DNA from: Spirochaetales bacterium
Lineage (GTDB): Bacteria; Spirochaetota; Spirochaetia; JABEVK01
Assembly (NCBI GenBank): GCA_037142615.1
Contig: JBAXAI010000005.1
Coordinates: 32,001 to 96,000, forward strand
Length of the DNA: 64,000 nt
Direction: 5' to 3'
Positions 37,737-48,337 of the stretch are shown here, piece after piece; position 1 is the first letter of the stretch, and the number at the start of each line of letters is the position of its first letter. Below the pieces are notes generated by a model. It had not been told where the DNA came from. It made no database searches and saw only the letters and a list, made by a program, of their open reading frames with translations. The position numbers and the translations under genes were made by a program.

Positions 37737-40148
37737 ATGGCAAACTGCGGCTATTTTGACGACGCGAAACGCGAGTATGTGATCACTACGCCCTTCACGC
37801 CGGTGAAGTGGATCAACTATGTCGGCACGCTGGCCTTTGGTGGCATCGTGGACCACACGGGGGGAGCGCTGATCTGCCAGGGCGACCCGGCCAACAACCG
37901 GCTCACCAAGTACCTTCCGCAGCTGCCGGCCTCGGACTTCCGGGGAAGCACGATCTACGTGCGCGTGGGGACAGACCTCTGGAGTCCCTTCTATACGCCG
38001 GTTCTGGCGAAGCTCGACAAGTGGGAGTGCCGCGTGGGGCTCGGGTACAACACCTGGGTCGCCGAGCGCGGCGGGGTCCGGCTCACGGTGAAAGTCTACG
38101 TCGCGAGCGGCGACGCCGCGTCGCCCGGGACCTATGTGCAAGACGTCACCGTCGAGAACATTGCGGGTCGCCCGCTGACCATCGATGTGATTCCCGTGGT
38201 CGAGTTCACCCATTTCGACGCGCTCAAACAGCTCACCAACGCCGACTGGGTACCGCAAACCATGACGGTGAAGGCCCACCAATTGGCGGGCGTGACGGTG
38301 CTCGAGCAGTACGCCTTCATGAAGCGCGACCTCGCCGTCAATTGGTTTGCCACCACGCTTCCGGCGACCAGTTTCGACAGCGACCGCAAGGTCTTTTTGG
38401 GCCACAACGAGTACGGCAGCTGGGCGCACCCCGGCGCGCTCGACCAACCGCAACTGAACAACTCCACTGCGTTGCGGGGCGACAACATCGGTGCCTTGCA
38501 AGTGAGTCTCGGGACTCTTGCGCCCGGTTCTTCGAAGCGGTTCGCCGCCTTACTCGGCCAGACCGCCAAAATTGCGGATGCCGCGGCGGTCATCACCAAG
38601 CTGAGCAACCTCGCCCACCTGGACGCCAACCTGAAGACCCTGGCCGCCGGTTGGGCCACCTTCCTCGACGTGCTGACGGTGAAAACCCCCGACGCCGCGT
38701 TTGATTCCATGGTCAACGTGCACAACCCGCGCCAGTGCCACACCACCAAGAACTGGAGCCGCGACCTGTCGCTCTATCAGCTCGGCTTGGGCGGGCGCGG
38801 CATGGGCTACCGCGATTCCAGCCAGGACGTGCTCGGCGCCATGACGCTCATGCCCGGCGAGTGCCGCGTCTTGATCGAGAAAATCCTCTCGGTGCAGAAG
38901 CGCGAAGGCAACGCCATGCATCAGTTCTACCCGCTGACCATGGAAGCGTCGGTGGGCGACAGCCACGAGTACCCCGACCGCCCCCACTGGTACGGCGACG
39001 ACCACCTGTGGCCCGTTTTCAGCGTGGCCGCTTACCTGCGCGAAACCGGCGACCTAGCGTGGCTCGATAAGAGCCTGCCCTTCTACGAAAAGGACGCCGC
39101 CAAGAAGCCCTTCGAGGCGGCTTCGATTTACGAGCACCTGAAACGCGCCGTCGAGTTTACGCGCACTCACGTAGGCGCCCACGGCCTGCCCCTGCTGGGG
39201 TTCGCCGACTGGAACGACACCGTCAACCTGCCCACGGGCGCCGAAAGCCTGTTCATTGCCAACCAGTACGGCAAGGCCGTTCGCGACCTGCAGGAAATCG
39301 CCCGCGCGCGTGGCGACCACGCCTACGCCACCGAGTTGGAAGCGGCGTGGACCACCATGCGCGACGCCTTCGAGAAGGCCGGCTGGGACGGCGAGTGGTA
39401 CGTGCGCTACTTCAAGGCCGACGGTTCGCCCATCGGCAGCCACAACGCCGACAAGGGCAAAATCTGGATCAACAGCAACACGTGGGCCGTGCTGTCGGGG
39501 TTTGCCTCGGCTGACCGAGCGGCCACGGCCCTCGAATCGGTCAACAAGCACCTGAACACCAAGTACGGCCTCAAACTCTCGGCGCCGGGCTACAACGGCT
39601 TTGACCGCGACATCGGCGGCGTCACCACCTACCCGCCGGGAGCCAAAGAGAACGGCGGCATCTTTTTGCACACCAACCCGTGGGCCATGATCGCCGAAAC
39701 GCTGATGGGCAATGGCGACCGCGCCCACCAGTACTACACGGCAATCAACCCAGCCGCCAAAAACGACGTGATTGGGATGTACGAGGCCGAACCCTACTGC
39801 TACCCGCAGAACATTCTGGGCGACGAGCACCCGCAGTTCGGGCTCGCCCGCAACACGTGGCTTTCGGGCACCTCAAGCTGGACGTACGTGGCCAGCACGC
39901 AGTTCATTTTGGGTGTGAGGCCCGAGATCGAAGGCCTGCGCGTCGATCCGTGTATTCCCAAGGCGTGGCCGGGCTTCGAGGTGACGCGGCAGTTTCGGGG
40001 CGCGAGGTACCACATCACCGTGAAAAATCCTCGCGGTGTGAGCAAGGGCGTGGTGGCGATGACGTTGGATGGGAGGTCTGTCCCCGGCAACCTCATCCCC
40101 TGCGTGGACGATCGCCAACAGCACGTGGTCGAAATCACCCTCGGCTGA
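37737..40148 (+). CDS. GH94 glycoside phosphorylase (second, divergent paralog)
   Basis: GMGYRDSSQD, ADWNDTVNL and KENGGIFLHTNPW motifs; GGAGG SD. Confidence 0.9.
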   Translation: MANCGYFDDAKREYVITTPFTPVKWINYVGTLAFGGIVDHTGGALICQGDPANNRLTKYLPQLPASDFRGSTIYVRVGTDLWSPFYTPVLAKLDKWECRVGLGYNTWVAERGGVRLTVKVYVASGDAASPGTYVQDVTVENIAGRPLTIDVIPVVEFTHFDALKQLTNADWVPQTMTVKAHQLAGVTVLEQYAFMKRDLAVNWFATTLPATSFDSDRKVFLGHNEYGSWAHPGALDQPQLNNSTALRGDNIGALQVSLGTLAPGSSKRFAALLGQTAKIADAAAVITKLSNLAHLDANLKTLAAGWATFLDVLTVKTPDAAFDSMVNVHNPRQCHTTKNWSRDLSLYQLGLGGRGMGYRDSSQDVLGAMTLMPGECRVLIEKILSVQKREGNAMHQFYPLTMEASVGDSHEYPDRPHWYGDDHLWPVFSVAAYLRETGDLAWLDKSLPFYEKDAAKKPFEAASIYEHLKRAVEFTRTHVGAHGLPLLGFADWNDTVNLPTGAESLFIANQYGKAVRDLQEIARARGDHAYATELEAAWTTMRDAFEKAGWDGEWYVRYFKADGSPIGSHNADKGKIWINSNTWAVLSGFASADRAATALESVNKHLNTKYGLKLSAPGYNGFDRDIGGVTTYPPGAKENGGIFLHTNPWAMIAETLMGNGDRAHQYYTAINPAAKNDVIGMYEAEPYCYPQNILGDEHPQFGLARNTWLSGTSSWTYVASTQFILGVRPEIEGLRVDPCIPKAWPGFEVTRQFRGARYHITVKNPRGVSKGVVAMTLDGRSVPGNLIPCVDDRQQHVVEITLG

Positions 40149-40209
40149 GGTTAACAAGGCCACCCAGTGGACAATAGGGGCCAAATCCCCTAGAATCGGG
40201 GCAAAACCG

Positions 40210-41523
40210 ATGAAAAAAGGCACCTTCCAACTCCCTGGGGTTCCCAGCGCTGAGGCCCCCTTCGTGCTCTCGGCGCTCGGTGAGTCCAACTTCGGCCGCC
40301 TCCGGTTCGCTAGCGGGATCGGTGCCACCGTCGATCTGGTTCACGTCGTACTATTTGCCCTGGGCCTTGGGACCGGGACCGCGATCGAGGACCTGTGGCG
40401 GTGGGGCATCATCGTCTGCCACAGTGTTCTCTGCCTGTTATTTGTCTCGGTCGGCGTGTTTTCGTGGCGGCGCAAGAGCAGGCCAAGCTCGAACCAACAG
40501 GCGGCGACACTCTTCGTCCACTCGTTCTACTTCGTCTTTCTCTTGGCCGGTGTGGGCATCGCGCTCGTCGATCAGCTTGTCGCTACGGCAGTGACGCCCT
40601 ACATCGTGGTGAGTTTTCTGGTGCCCCTCGTCGTGCAGCTCCCGCCCCGGGGACCCATCGTCTACCACACGGTGTCGTTTCTCGTCTTCGCCGGATTGCT
40701 GGGTTTGGTGCAGACAGACCACAACGTCCTGCTTTCCAACCAGGTACAGGGGTTCACCGCGCTGGGCGTGGGGATCTTCCTCAACGTGCTGTTGTGGCGC
40801 GTGAATCGAAACCGCATCCTGCAGGATAAGAAGATCGAGCGGCAGACTCAGGAACTCCTGGAAATCAACACTACCAAGGACAAGCTCTTTTCCATCATCG
40901 CCCACGACCTGCGTGGCCCGCTGGGCGGGTTCATGGCACTGCTGGAAATGCTCAAAGAGAAAGAGAGTCAGGCCTCGAAGCAGGAATACGACGAGGCGCT
41001 GGAGCTGCTCCGTCACTCCTCGGTGGCTGTGTTCGGCCTGCTCGAGAACCTGCTGAAGTGGTCCAAAGTGCAGCAGAATCTCATCGTGGTACGGCCCGTT
41101 GAGGTCGTTTTGGGCCCGTTCCTCGAGTCGGTGTGGCGGCCAATGGAGGGGGCTGTGGCGCTCAGTCGCCTGCAGGTCAACATCTCGTGCGCACCGGATT
41201 TGACCTGCCGGGTCGACCCCGAAGTTCTGGCGACCATCCTGCGGAACCTGCTTTCGAACGCGGTCCAATTCACCCCGCCTGGCGGCCGAATCGACCTCGA
41301 AGCAAGAGTCGAGGGCACTACGCCCGCGTTGGTCCTTTTCGAATGCCGCGACTCCGGGGTGGGAATGACGCCCTCGGAGCAAGAAGACCTGTTCAAAGTG
41401 GGACTCAAGTCGGGCCTGGGTCTCACCCTCAGCCGGGACTTTGCGCGGATGCTCGGTGCAGAGCTTCGCGTGGAAAGCACCCCAGGTGTCGGCACGCGCT
41501 TCTGGTTTGCCATTCCGAAATGA
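40210..41523 (+). CDS. membrane sensor histidine kinase
   Basis: TM region; IIAHDLRGP, NLLSNAVQFT, DSGVGM and GLGL motifs. Confidence 0.88.
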   Translation: MKKGTFQLPGVPSAEAPFVLSALGESNFGRLRFASGIGATVDLVHVVLFALGLGTGTAIEDLWRWGIIVCHSVLCLLFVSVGVFSWRRKSRPSSNQQAATLFVHSFYFVFLLAGVGIALVDQLVATAVTPYIVVSFLVPLVVQLPPRGPIVYHTVSFLVFAGLLGLVQTDHNVLLSNQVQGFTALGVGIFLNVLLWRVNRNRILQDKKIERQTQELLEINTTKDKLFSIIAHDLRGPLGGFMALLEMLKEKESQASKQEYDEALELLRHSSVAVFGLLENLLKWSKVQQNLIVVRPVEVVLGPFLESVWRPMEGAVALSRLQVNISCAPDLTCRVDPEVLATILRNLLSNAVQFTPPGGRIDLEARVEGTTPALVLFECRDSGVGMTPSEQEDLFKVGLKSGLGLTLSRDFARMLGAELRVESTPGVGTRFWFAIPK

Positions 41524-42416
41524 CCATCCTCGATGTCGTTTTTCTCTACCAGTTGAAAGAGGACCAAATGGTGCGCTGGCATTCGCGGCGCCACGCGCAC
41601 CCGGCCGGCCAGTACGAGTTTCACTACTTCGTGGGAGGCAAAGGGTCGTTCCAGCAGGGAGGGTTTTCGCATCCGCTGCAGGGTGGCCAACTGTTCCTCT
41701 CGTGTCCCGGTGAGTTTCACGAAATCCGCGTCACCGATCTGGCCCACCCGATCAGCTATTATGCCCTGCTCTTTCAGGTCAGCCCCGACGACGAGCTGGC
41801 CCCGGTACTGGCCGAGCCCGCGTTCCGGGCCTCGTTCCCGGTGAAAATCGGCACCAATCAGCGGCTGTTTTTCGAAGACGCGAAGGCCAAGTTCGCGCTG
41901 CATGACAACCCTTCGCGGGGGCGGGCGGCCAGTTTGCGCCTCGAGGCCTTTGTGCACGACTTGCGCGCGGATATGGCCGCGCCCGCTGAACTGGTCCCCT
42001 CGGGGCCGTTCAACCTGCACGTCGAACAGGCGCTGGGTCTGCTGCAGGCGGGCGTGTTCCAAAACCTTTCGCTGGCCGACATCTGCGGGCCGCTCCAGCT
42101 AACCGAGGAGCACCTCATCCGGCTCTTCCGCAAGCACCTTAACTTAACTCCCATGAAGTACTTGCAAGTGCTCAAGCTCGAGACCTCGATGTCGCTGCTG
42201 CTCAATACCAGCCTGTCGGTCAAAGAGATCGCGTACAAGCTCGGCTACCCCAACCAGTTCCTCTTCAGCCGCAATTTTCGGGCCCATACGGGGGTACCAC
42301 CCACCGAATACAAGCGCCTGTACTTTGCCGGGAATACCGACAAGTATCACCTGAAGATCCTCGACACTAGCGAGCCGAGATCAATTTCCGATATATCAGG
42401 GCAAACAAGGGCATAA
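41520..42416 (+). CDS. AraC-family regulator
   Basis: Cupin N-domain and a double HTH (VKEIAYKLGY...FSRNFR). Confidence 0.92.
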   Translation: MTILDVVFLYQLKEDQMVRWHSRRHAHPAGQYEFHYFVGGKGSFQQGGFSHPLQGGQLFLSCPGEFHEIRVTDLAHPISYYALLFQVSPDDELAPVLAEPAFRASFPVKIGTNQRLFFEDAKAKFALHDNPSRGRAASLRLEAFVHDLRADMAAPAELVPSGPFNLHVEQALGLLQAGVFQNLSLADICGPLQLTEEHLIRLFRKHLNLTPMKYLQVLKLETSMSLLLNTSLSVKEIAYKLGYPNQFLFSRNFRAHTGVPPTEYKRLYFAGNTDKYHLKILDTSEPRSISDISGQTRA

Positions 42417-42459
42417 GGACTGCACCCCCGAAATCGGCGCGAGGGTATAGGCTGAGGGC

Positions 42460-44043
42460 ATGTCGCAACCTACCGTTCTGGGTCTGGACGCCAGCACCCA
42501 AAGCCTGACCGCCGTACTTGTCGATCGCGCCACCGGCCGTGTGGTGGCTGAACACAGCCTTTCCTACCCCGCAGAAGTCTGGATGTCGGTGGAACACGCT
42601 GGCCAGGCTGACCAGTCGGCTGCCGTCTTCGTCCGGGCCCTGGGCCCAGTGCTGGCCGCGCTGCGCGACAAGGGAGCCCCGCTTGCCAGCGTAGAGCGCA
42701 TCGGGGTCAGCGCCCAGCAGCACGGGTGCGCCTTTTTGGCAACCGACGCCGCAAGTCAGCTCTCGACCCTTCGACAGCCGGAAGCCTCGCCGAAAGTGCT
42801 CGACGCTCTCGCGGAATCCCTGTTCAGCCACCCGCGTTGCCCCATTTGGATGACCAGCGATACCGAACCCTACGCCGCCGCCCTGCGCCGCGCTGCGGGT
42901 GGCTCGGCCGCGATGATCTCGCTTACCGGGTCCGACAGCCCTCTCCGGTTCACCGGCGCGATGATCCGCAAGTTCGGCGAGGAACACCCCCACCGCTACG
43001 AAAAGACCAGCCGGGTGGCCCTGCTCAGCCAGTTGTTCCCCATGCTGCTCACCGGCTCGGTCGAGGTTCCCGTGGACTGGGGAAACGGCAGCGGTACCAG
43101 CCTGATGGACTACCAGAAGAAGGTGTGGAGCCCCGCGCTCCTCGAGGCCTGTGCGCACGGCCTCCCCGGCGGAACGGCGGCCCTGACGGCCAAGCTGGGG
43201 GGTCTCGTGGCCCCGCTGACGGTGGCGGGCACCATCGCGCCGTGGTTCGTGCGGCAGTTCGGCTTCTCTCCGGCCTGCGAAGTGCTCATCGGCTCGGGCG
43301 ACAACCCGCAGTCCAAAGTTCCTGTGGCGGGCGACCTGCTGAGCCTGGGCACCAGCTTCGTGCTGATGGCCGAGCAGGGCCAGGCTTCGCCGCTCGACGC
43401 TCGGGGCTGGGGCAACGCCATGTACGATGGCCGTGGCCAGGCCTTTGTGTTCGGTTGCCGCACCAACGGCGCGCTGGTGTGGGACCAACTACGCCAGGCC
43501 CACAACGCCGACTTTGCCCGAGCGGAAGCCGCGCTCAACGCCAACGCCCCCGGCTCGGTGCTCGCCCTGCACCAGCCGCTTCACGAAAGCTTTCCTCCTT
43601 CCCCGGCGATTACCTGCATGGTCGCCGGGGAATCTTTTGACCGCCAATGGGCCGCTGCGGTCGATTCGTCGCTGGGTTTGCTGTTCCTGGGCAGCCGTCC
43701 CTGGTTGAAGGGCAAAACCGACGCCCTTTCGGTGACCGGAGGTCCGTCGGGCAGCGCCGCCCTGGTGCGCCGAATCGCGGCCTTCGCCAACCGCCCGGTG
43801 CGCGTCACCGGGGCCGCCGGTGCTGCGCTTGGGGCCGCCGCAGGTGCGCATTTGGCCGATCCTGTCGGCGACCGGCTGCGATCTGACCAACTTGCCCTTG
43901 TCGGCTGGGTGCCGACCTCGCAAGAAGTGCAACCCCGCCCCGAAGACGTCGCAGCCTTGCACGCCCCCGGCGGCTACCTCGATCAACTCCGCGCACTATT
44001 TGAAGCCAAAACGGGCATCGACCCGACAGGAGAACGACTATGA
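42460..44043 (+). CDS. xylB: xylulokinase (eukaryote-like FGGY clade)
   Basis: [25 protein letters not shown] and LLSLGTS motifs; translationally coupled to xylA. Confidence 0.8.
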   Translation: MSQPTVLGLDASTQSLTAVLVDRATGRVVAEHSLSYPAEVWMSVEHAGQADQSAAVFVRALGPVLAALRDKGAPLASVERIGVSAQQHGCAFLATDAASQLSTLRQPEASPKVLDALAESLFSHPRCPIWMTSDTEPYAAALRRAAGGSAAMISLTGSDSPLRFTGAMIRKFGEEHPHRYEKTSRVALLSQLFPMLLTGSVEVPVDWGNGSGTSLMDYQKKVWSPALLEACAHGLPGGTAALTAKLGGLVAPLTVAGTIAPWFVRQFGFSPACEVLIGSGDNPQSKVPVAGDLLSLGTSFVLMAEQGQASPLDARGWGNAMYDGRGQAFVFGCRTNGALVWDQLRQAHNADFARAEAALNANAPGSVLALHQPLHESFPPSPAITCMVAGESFDRQWAAAVDSSLGLLFLGSRPWLKGKTDALSVTGGPSGSAALVRRIAAFANRPVRVTGAAGAALGAAAGAHLADPVGDRLRSDQLALVGWVPTSQEVQPRPEDVAALHAPGGYLDQLRALFEAKTGIDPTGERL

Positions 44044-45380
44044 AAAGCATCTGGACCGGCAAACAGACCTATTTCCCCACGGTAAAGGCCGTCGCCTACG
44101 AAGGCCCCGCCACCGACAATCCCCTCGCCTTCCGGTTTTACAAGGCCGACCAAAAGGTCGCCGGCAAGACCATGGAAGAGCACTTCCGCTTCGCGGTGGC
44201 CTACTGGCACACCTTCACCAACGAAGGCTCCGACCCCTTCGGCCCCGGCACCCGCGTCTTCCCCTGGAACGATAACAAGGACCCGCTCGAGGCCGCACAC
44301 GACAAGGCCGACGCCGCCTTCGAGTTTGCCAGCAAGCTCGGCACGCCCTTTTACTGCTTTCACGATGTCGACGCCTCGCCCGATGCCGACGACCCCGCCG
44401 TGTACGAGAAGAACCTGAAGCAAGTGACCAAGTGGCTCAAGGAACGCCAGGACGCCACCGGCGTGAAGTTGTTGTGGAACACCGCCAACCTGTTCAGCCA
44501 TCCCCGCTTCCGCAATGGAGCCGCCACCAACCCCGACTTCCGCGTCGTCACCCGGGGCGCTTTCCAGGTGAGGGCCTGCCTCGAGGCCAACGTCGAGCTT
44601 GGCGGCAGCAACTACGTATTCTGGGGCGGCCGCGAAGGCTACAGCAGTCTGTGGAACACCAACATGAAGCGCGAGCAGGAGCACATGGCGCGCTTTTTGA
44701 CGCTGGCGCGCGACTACGGCCGCAGCATCGGCTTCAAGGGCGTGTACCTCATCGAGCCCAAGCCCATGGAACCGTCGAAGCACCAGTACGACTTCGACTC
44801 GGCCACCGTCATCGGCTTTTTGCGAGCCAACGGCCTCGACAAGGATTTCAAGCTCAACATCGAAGCCAACCACGCTACCCTGGCCGGACACGAGTTTGCT
44901 CACGACCTGCAAGTGGCCGCCGACGCCGGGCTCTTGGGCAGCATTGACGCCAACCGAGGCGACCCGCAGAACGGCTGGGACACCGACCAATTCCCCAGCG
45001 ACCTGTACGAGACCACCAAGGCCATGCTGGTCACGCTGGCAGCCGGCGGCATCGGTCAGGGCGGGTTCAACTTCGACGCCAAGGTTCGCCGCAGCAGTAC
45101 CGACCTCACCGACCTGTTCGAAGCCCACATTGCCGGCATGGACGCGTTTGCCGTGGGCCTCATCACCGCCGACCGCATCCGCAGCCAGGGCAAACTTGGC
45201 AAGTTCGTGGCCGATCGCTACGCCAGCTTCGACAGCGGTGCCGGTGCCGACTTCGAAAAGGGCAAGCTCGACTTCAAGGCCCTGGCCGCGCTGGCACCCT
45301 CGAACCAGAACCTCCACCTTGCCAGCGGCAGGGAAGAGTGGATCGAGGCGCTGATCAACCAGGCGCTGTTGGCGAAGTAA
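44040..45380 (+). CDS. xylA: xylose isomerase (class II)
   Basis: [38 protein letters not shown] and GWDTDQF motifs. Confidence 0.97.
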   Translation: MKSIWTGKQTYFPTVKAVAYEGPATDNPLAFRFYKADQKVAGKTMEEHFRFAVAYWHTFTNEGSDPFGPGTRVFPWNDNKDPLEAAHDKADAAFEFASKLGTPFYCFHDVDASPDADDPAVYEKNLKQVTKWLKERQDATGVKLLWNTANLFSHPRFRNGAATNPDFRVVTRGAFQVRACLEANVELGGSNYVFWGGREGYSSLWNTNMKREQEHMARFLTLARDYGRSIGFKGVYLIEPKPMEPSKHQYDFDSATVIGFLRANGLDKDFKLNIEANHATLAGHEFAHDLQVAADAGLLGSIDANRGDPQNGWDTDQFPSDLYETTKAMLVTLAAGGIGQGGFNFDAKVRRSSTDLTDLFEAHIAGMDAFAVGLITADRIRSQGKLGKFVADRYASFDSGAGADFEKGKLDFKALAALAPSNQNLHLASGREEWIEALINQALLAK

Positions 45381-45484
45381 GTTGTTTGCGGGCTAAAGGT
45401 CCAAGACCTCGACGAGTCGGCAATCCGCGATTGGGCAATGCGTGGAGTTTTCGCGTGGCGAAAACTCCGAGCGTTCAGGTCGGG

Positions 45485-46261
45485 TTAGTCTTGGCGGGAA
45501 CTCGCAAGCGTGTCGACTGTCGCAAGGGGAAGTCCGGTCAGTTCGGCAACTTTGGCTGTGTTCATGCCCTCGGCAAGGAGCACCTTCGCGACTTCAACTT
45601 TCCCCTCTAGCTTTCCCTTGGTGAAGCCTCGGGCTTCACCTTCACGGAAACCCTCGCCCTTGTAGCTCGCGATATCGTGGAGAGCCATGGAACGGCGGAT
45701 CTCGTTATAGACTTCAGGTGCGATACTCATGTAGGCCTCCATCCGTTGGTATGCTGCCCCTATCATCGCTCTTTTCAACTGCGTGGCAGGGTCTGGTGAC
45801 TTTAGCAGTTTAGGAAGTTCTACGAAAAGGAACCCCAGATGAGCGGTGTGAGGCAGATGGCAATGATGCAGCCAGGGCCCTCTCTTGGAGATTTCGTACT
45901 CGAGAAAGTTGAGTGAAATGACGGGCTGAAGCTTGTCGTAGTCGTCACCAGCGGGCAATTGCCGGGCAAAAAGCCTGGCCCAGTAGAACAAAGCGCGCTC
46001 AAAGTACGCGGGCTTCCGTGTCGTCTGAACTTCAACGTTGACGATGCGACCGGTTTCATCTTCGGCCAGAATGTCGACCAAAGCCAGCTTCTCGCCGTGT
46101 TCCGGCGGCAGGTCACGGGGCTGGAGCTGGAGTTTGTGGACTAACGGAGGGCCGACGGCCTCGAAATGAGCGTTGACCAGGCTTTCCAGAAGTGGGAGGC
46201 CTTCGGGTTCACCGAAGACGTGCAAAAAGACAGAATCGTGAGTAAGCGGGGAATACGGCAT
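45485..46261 (-). CDS. Rpn-family PD-(D/E)XK nuclease (possibly internally deleted)
   Basis: DSVFLHVFG, VDILAEDETGRIVNVEVQ, ERALFYWAR and ELPK motifs; EG-repeat and HTH tail. Confidence 0.85.
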   Translation of the reverse strand: MPYSPLTHDSVFLHVFGEPEGLPLLESLVNAHFEAVGPPLVHKLQLQPRDLPPEHGEKLALVDILAEDETGRIVNVEVQTTRKPAYFERALFYWARLFARQLPAGDDYDKLQPVISLNFLEYEISKRGPWLHHCHLPHTAHLGFLFVELPKLLKSPDPATQLKRAMIGAAYQRMEAYMSIAPEVYNEIRRSMALHDIASYKGEGFREGEARGFTKGKLEGKVEVAKVLLAEGMNTAKVAELTGLPLATVDTLASSRQD

Positions 46262-46355
46262 TTAGTACCTCAAGGTACCAGACGGGGGGGGACGCAACGC
46301 TTACGCACGACACCTTCGGCTTCCGCCTGAAGTCCCCCGGTGGGATCAGTTTGCA

Positions 46356-46751
46356 TCAGAACAACTCAATCGCGTCGGGGGGCGAGGCAATGGTCAAACC
46401 CTTGATTGGTGAAACCGAAAGCAAGTCGGCATCGCCACTGATCAAAAGTACGGCGCCGGAAGCGACCGCCGCTTGGACGAACATGTCATCGTCGAGGATC
46501 TCAACCCAAAATGCTGCTGCGTTCCAATCGTGGAGGAGACCCTTTCGGTCGTCGAGGGAAAGGTAACGGTCAAACTTGGGCCGGCGGATCCTTTCCTCGA
46601 GTTCCGCAAAAGTTTCGCGGGAAAAAACGGGAACACAGTTCTGCAGCACAAGCTGGACCACTTTGGCGGGACTGCCGTTTGCAGATAGGGCCGCGCTGAT
46701 CCAAACATTCGTATCGACAACGACCCGCGAGTTCCTGAGTGACCCAGCCAT
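46356..46751 (-). CDS. PIN-domain putative toxin
   Basis: RVVVDTNVWISA, DDDMFVQAA and LISGDADLL motifs. Confidence 0.85.
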   Translation of the reverse strand: MAGSLRNSRVVVDTNVWISAALSANGSPAKVVQLVLQNCVPVFSRETFAELEERIRRPKFDRYLSLDDRKGLLHDWNAAAFWVEILDDDMFVQAAVASGAVLLISGDADLLSVSPIKGLTIASPPDAIELF

Positions 46752-46756
46752 CGGGT

Positions 46757-47008
46757 TCAGCTTTCGTCGGCCAGAAGCCGGTCGAGTTCGGTCTCGGTCA
46801 GGCCAGCCGCCGAAGCTTTCCGGGCCGTTTCCTGGAGCGTCGTTGCCAGCCGCGCCGCATAGAAGGTCCTCATGTCCTCATAGTCCTGGGCGCTGACCAG
46901 AACCCCAATCACACGGTCGTGTTTGAGAACCTGAACGGGTTCGCGCTGGGCTCGATCGAGGAACTCTCCGAACCGGGTCTTGGCCTCATTGGCGGTGACG
47001 GTTTGCAT
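46757..47008 (-). CDS. Phd/YefM-family antitoxin
   Basis: MQTVTANEAKTRFGEFLDRAQREPV. Confidence 0.9.
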   Translation of the reverse strand: MQTVTANEAKTRFGEFLDRAQREPVQVLKHDRVIGVLVSAQDYEDMRTFYAARLATTLQETARKASAAGLTETELDRLLADES

Positions 47009-47150
47009 TCGCACAATATGGTCGAATCGCGCGAAATAGTCAACTCGGAGGCCGGGGAGCTGGTGGACGATTCTGGCACTTCTCAAGGTGTACACAACTG
47101 GGTCTCTGTACGTTCTGTTTCTCATGGGCGGACTGCCGGCGAAGTAAGCC

Positions 47151-48263
47151 CTAGAGGGATTGCAGACGTTGGAGGTACTCCTGCCACGGGAGTATCTCCA
47201 CCCCATTTTCGAGCCTGCGGGGCCGAGCTTCGCGGCCAACGATCCAGCGGTGCCTCAACGGCAGATCCTCGGCAAGGGCCTGCAAGCCTTTGGTGTCCGA
47301 AAGGTGAATGGACCCCGACTTGAACTCCACCGCCGTGTCTTCGTTGATCAGGAGATCCACCTCGAGACCGCTCGAAGAACGCCAGTAATTCACGCGATCT
47401 ATGCCCTTTCCATACGACTGGGCGGCCAAAGTCTCTAGAACCAGAAAGTGTTCGAACGCCTTGCCGAACTCCGCGGTCTTTTCTGAAAGTCGCCGCCGCA
47501 GCAGGATGTTGGCTACGCCCGTGTCGAAGTAGTAAAACTTGGGCGTCATCACCGAGCGGCGTTTCACCGTCCTGGTGAACGGCTCCAGCAAGTGCCCCAA
47601 AAGCGTGTCTACCAGAATCTGAAAGTACTCGGCCACCGTTTTGGCCGAGACGCCGGTGTCGCGGGCGATGGTGGCATAGCTCAGTTGCTCGCCGTTCGAA
47701 AGTGCCGCCAACTCCAAAAAGCGGCTGAAGGCCGGAATGTTGCGTACCAAGCCTTCCGCCAACACTTCTTCTTTGAGGTACTCGCCGCAATAGTCTTTGA
47801 GCTCGTCCCACGGATCGGAGCCAAGGACCATCGGAGGCAACCCACCGAACTGCAGGCGTTCCAGCAGGTCGAAACCCGGGATTTCTGCAAACGTCAGCGG
47901 GTGCAGGTGAACTGTCTTGAGCCGTCCTGCCAGATTGGTAGCCCCCGAGCGCCGGAGCTTGCGCGCGCTGGAACCGGTGAGCAGAAAGGTGTTGCCGGTA
48001 TTCTCGATCAGCCAGTGAACTTCGGATAGTAGTTCGGGAACCTTTTGTACCTCGTCGATGACAATCAACTTGCCGGTGTTACCGAACTGCTCCCGAAGCA
48101 AGGCGGGACGGGAGCGGTAGTCGAAGAACACATCGGTCTTGAGCAGGTCGATCAGCTCGTAGTGTATCTCGAGGCCTCTGATCAAGGTGCTCTTGCCTAC
48201 GCGACGTGGCCCCAAGAGGAGGTGGTTCTTCTTCAAGTCCAACTCAAGACTTCGTTTCAGCAT
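47151..48263 (-). CDS. AAA_14 / DUF4143 ATP-binding protein
   Basis: GPRRVGKST, IDEVQK, LTGSSARKL, KFYYFDTG and EVDL motifs; paralog of 26937-28115. Confidence 0.9.
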   Translation of the reverse strand: MLKRSLELDLKKNHLLLGPRRVGKSTLIRGLEIHYELIDLLKTDVFFDYRSRPALLREQFGNTGKLIVIDEVQKVPELLSEVHWLIENTGNTFLLTGSSARKLRRSGATNLAGRLKTVHLHPLTFAEIPGFDLLERLQFGGLPPMVLGSDPWDELKDYCGEYLKEEVLAEGLVRNIPAFSRFLELAALSNGEQLSYATIARDTGVSAKTVAEYFQILVDTLLGHLLEPFTRTVKRRSVMTPKFYYFDTGVANILLRRRLSEKTAEFGKAFEHFLVLETLAAQSYGKGIDRVNYWRSSSGLEVDLLINEDTAVEFKSGSIHLSDTKGLQALAEDLPLRHRWIVGREARPRRLENGVEILPWQEYLQRLQSL

Positions 48264-48337
48264 GACTACTTCCGAATTACAGGATATTCGGAAGTATCGG
48301 TGCCGTCAATCCAGCGGGCGCCTGCCCCTCGCTCCGG

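Noticed and set aside
46280-46350. Repeated flank (also about 48715-48780) as an integron attC site
   Set aside because: No proper RYYYAAC/GTTRRRY pair or attC-like fold seen, and no intI in the window.
47020-47150. Possible toxin-gene remnant (minus-strand VVYTLRSARIV) upstream of the Phd gene
   Set aside because: Too short to distinguish from chance.
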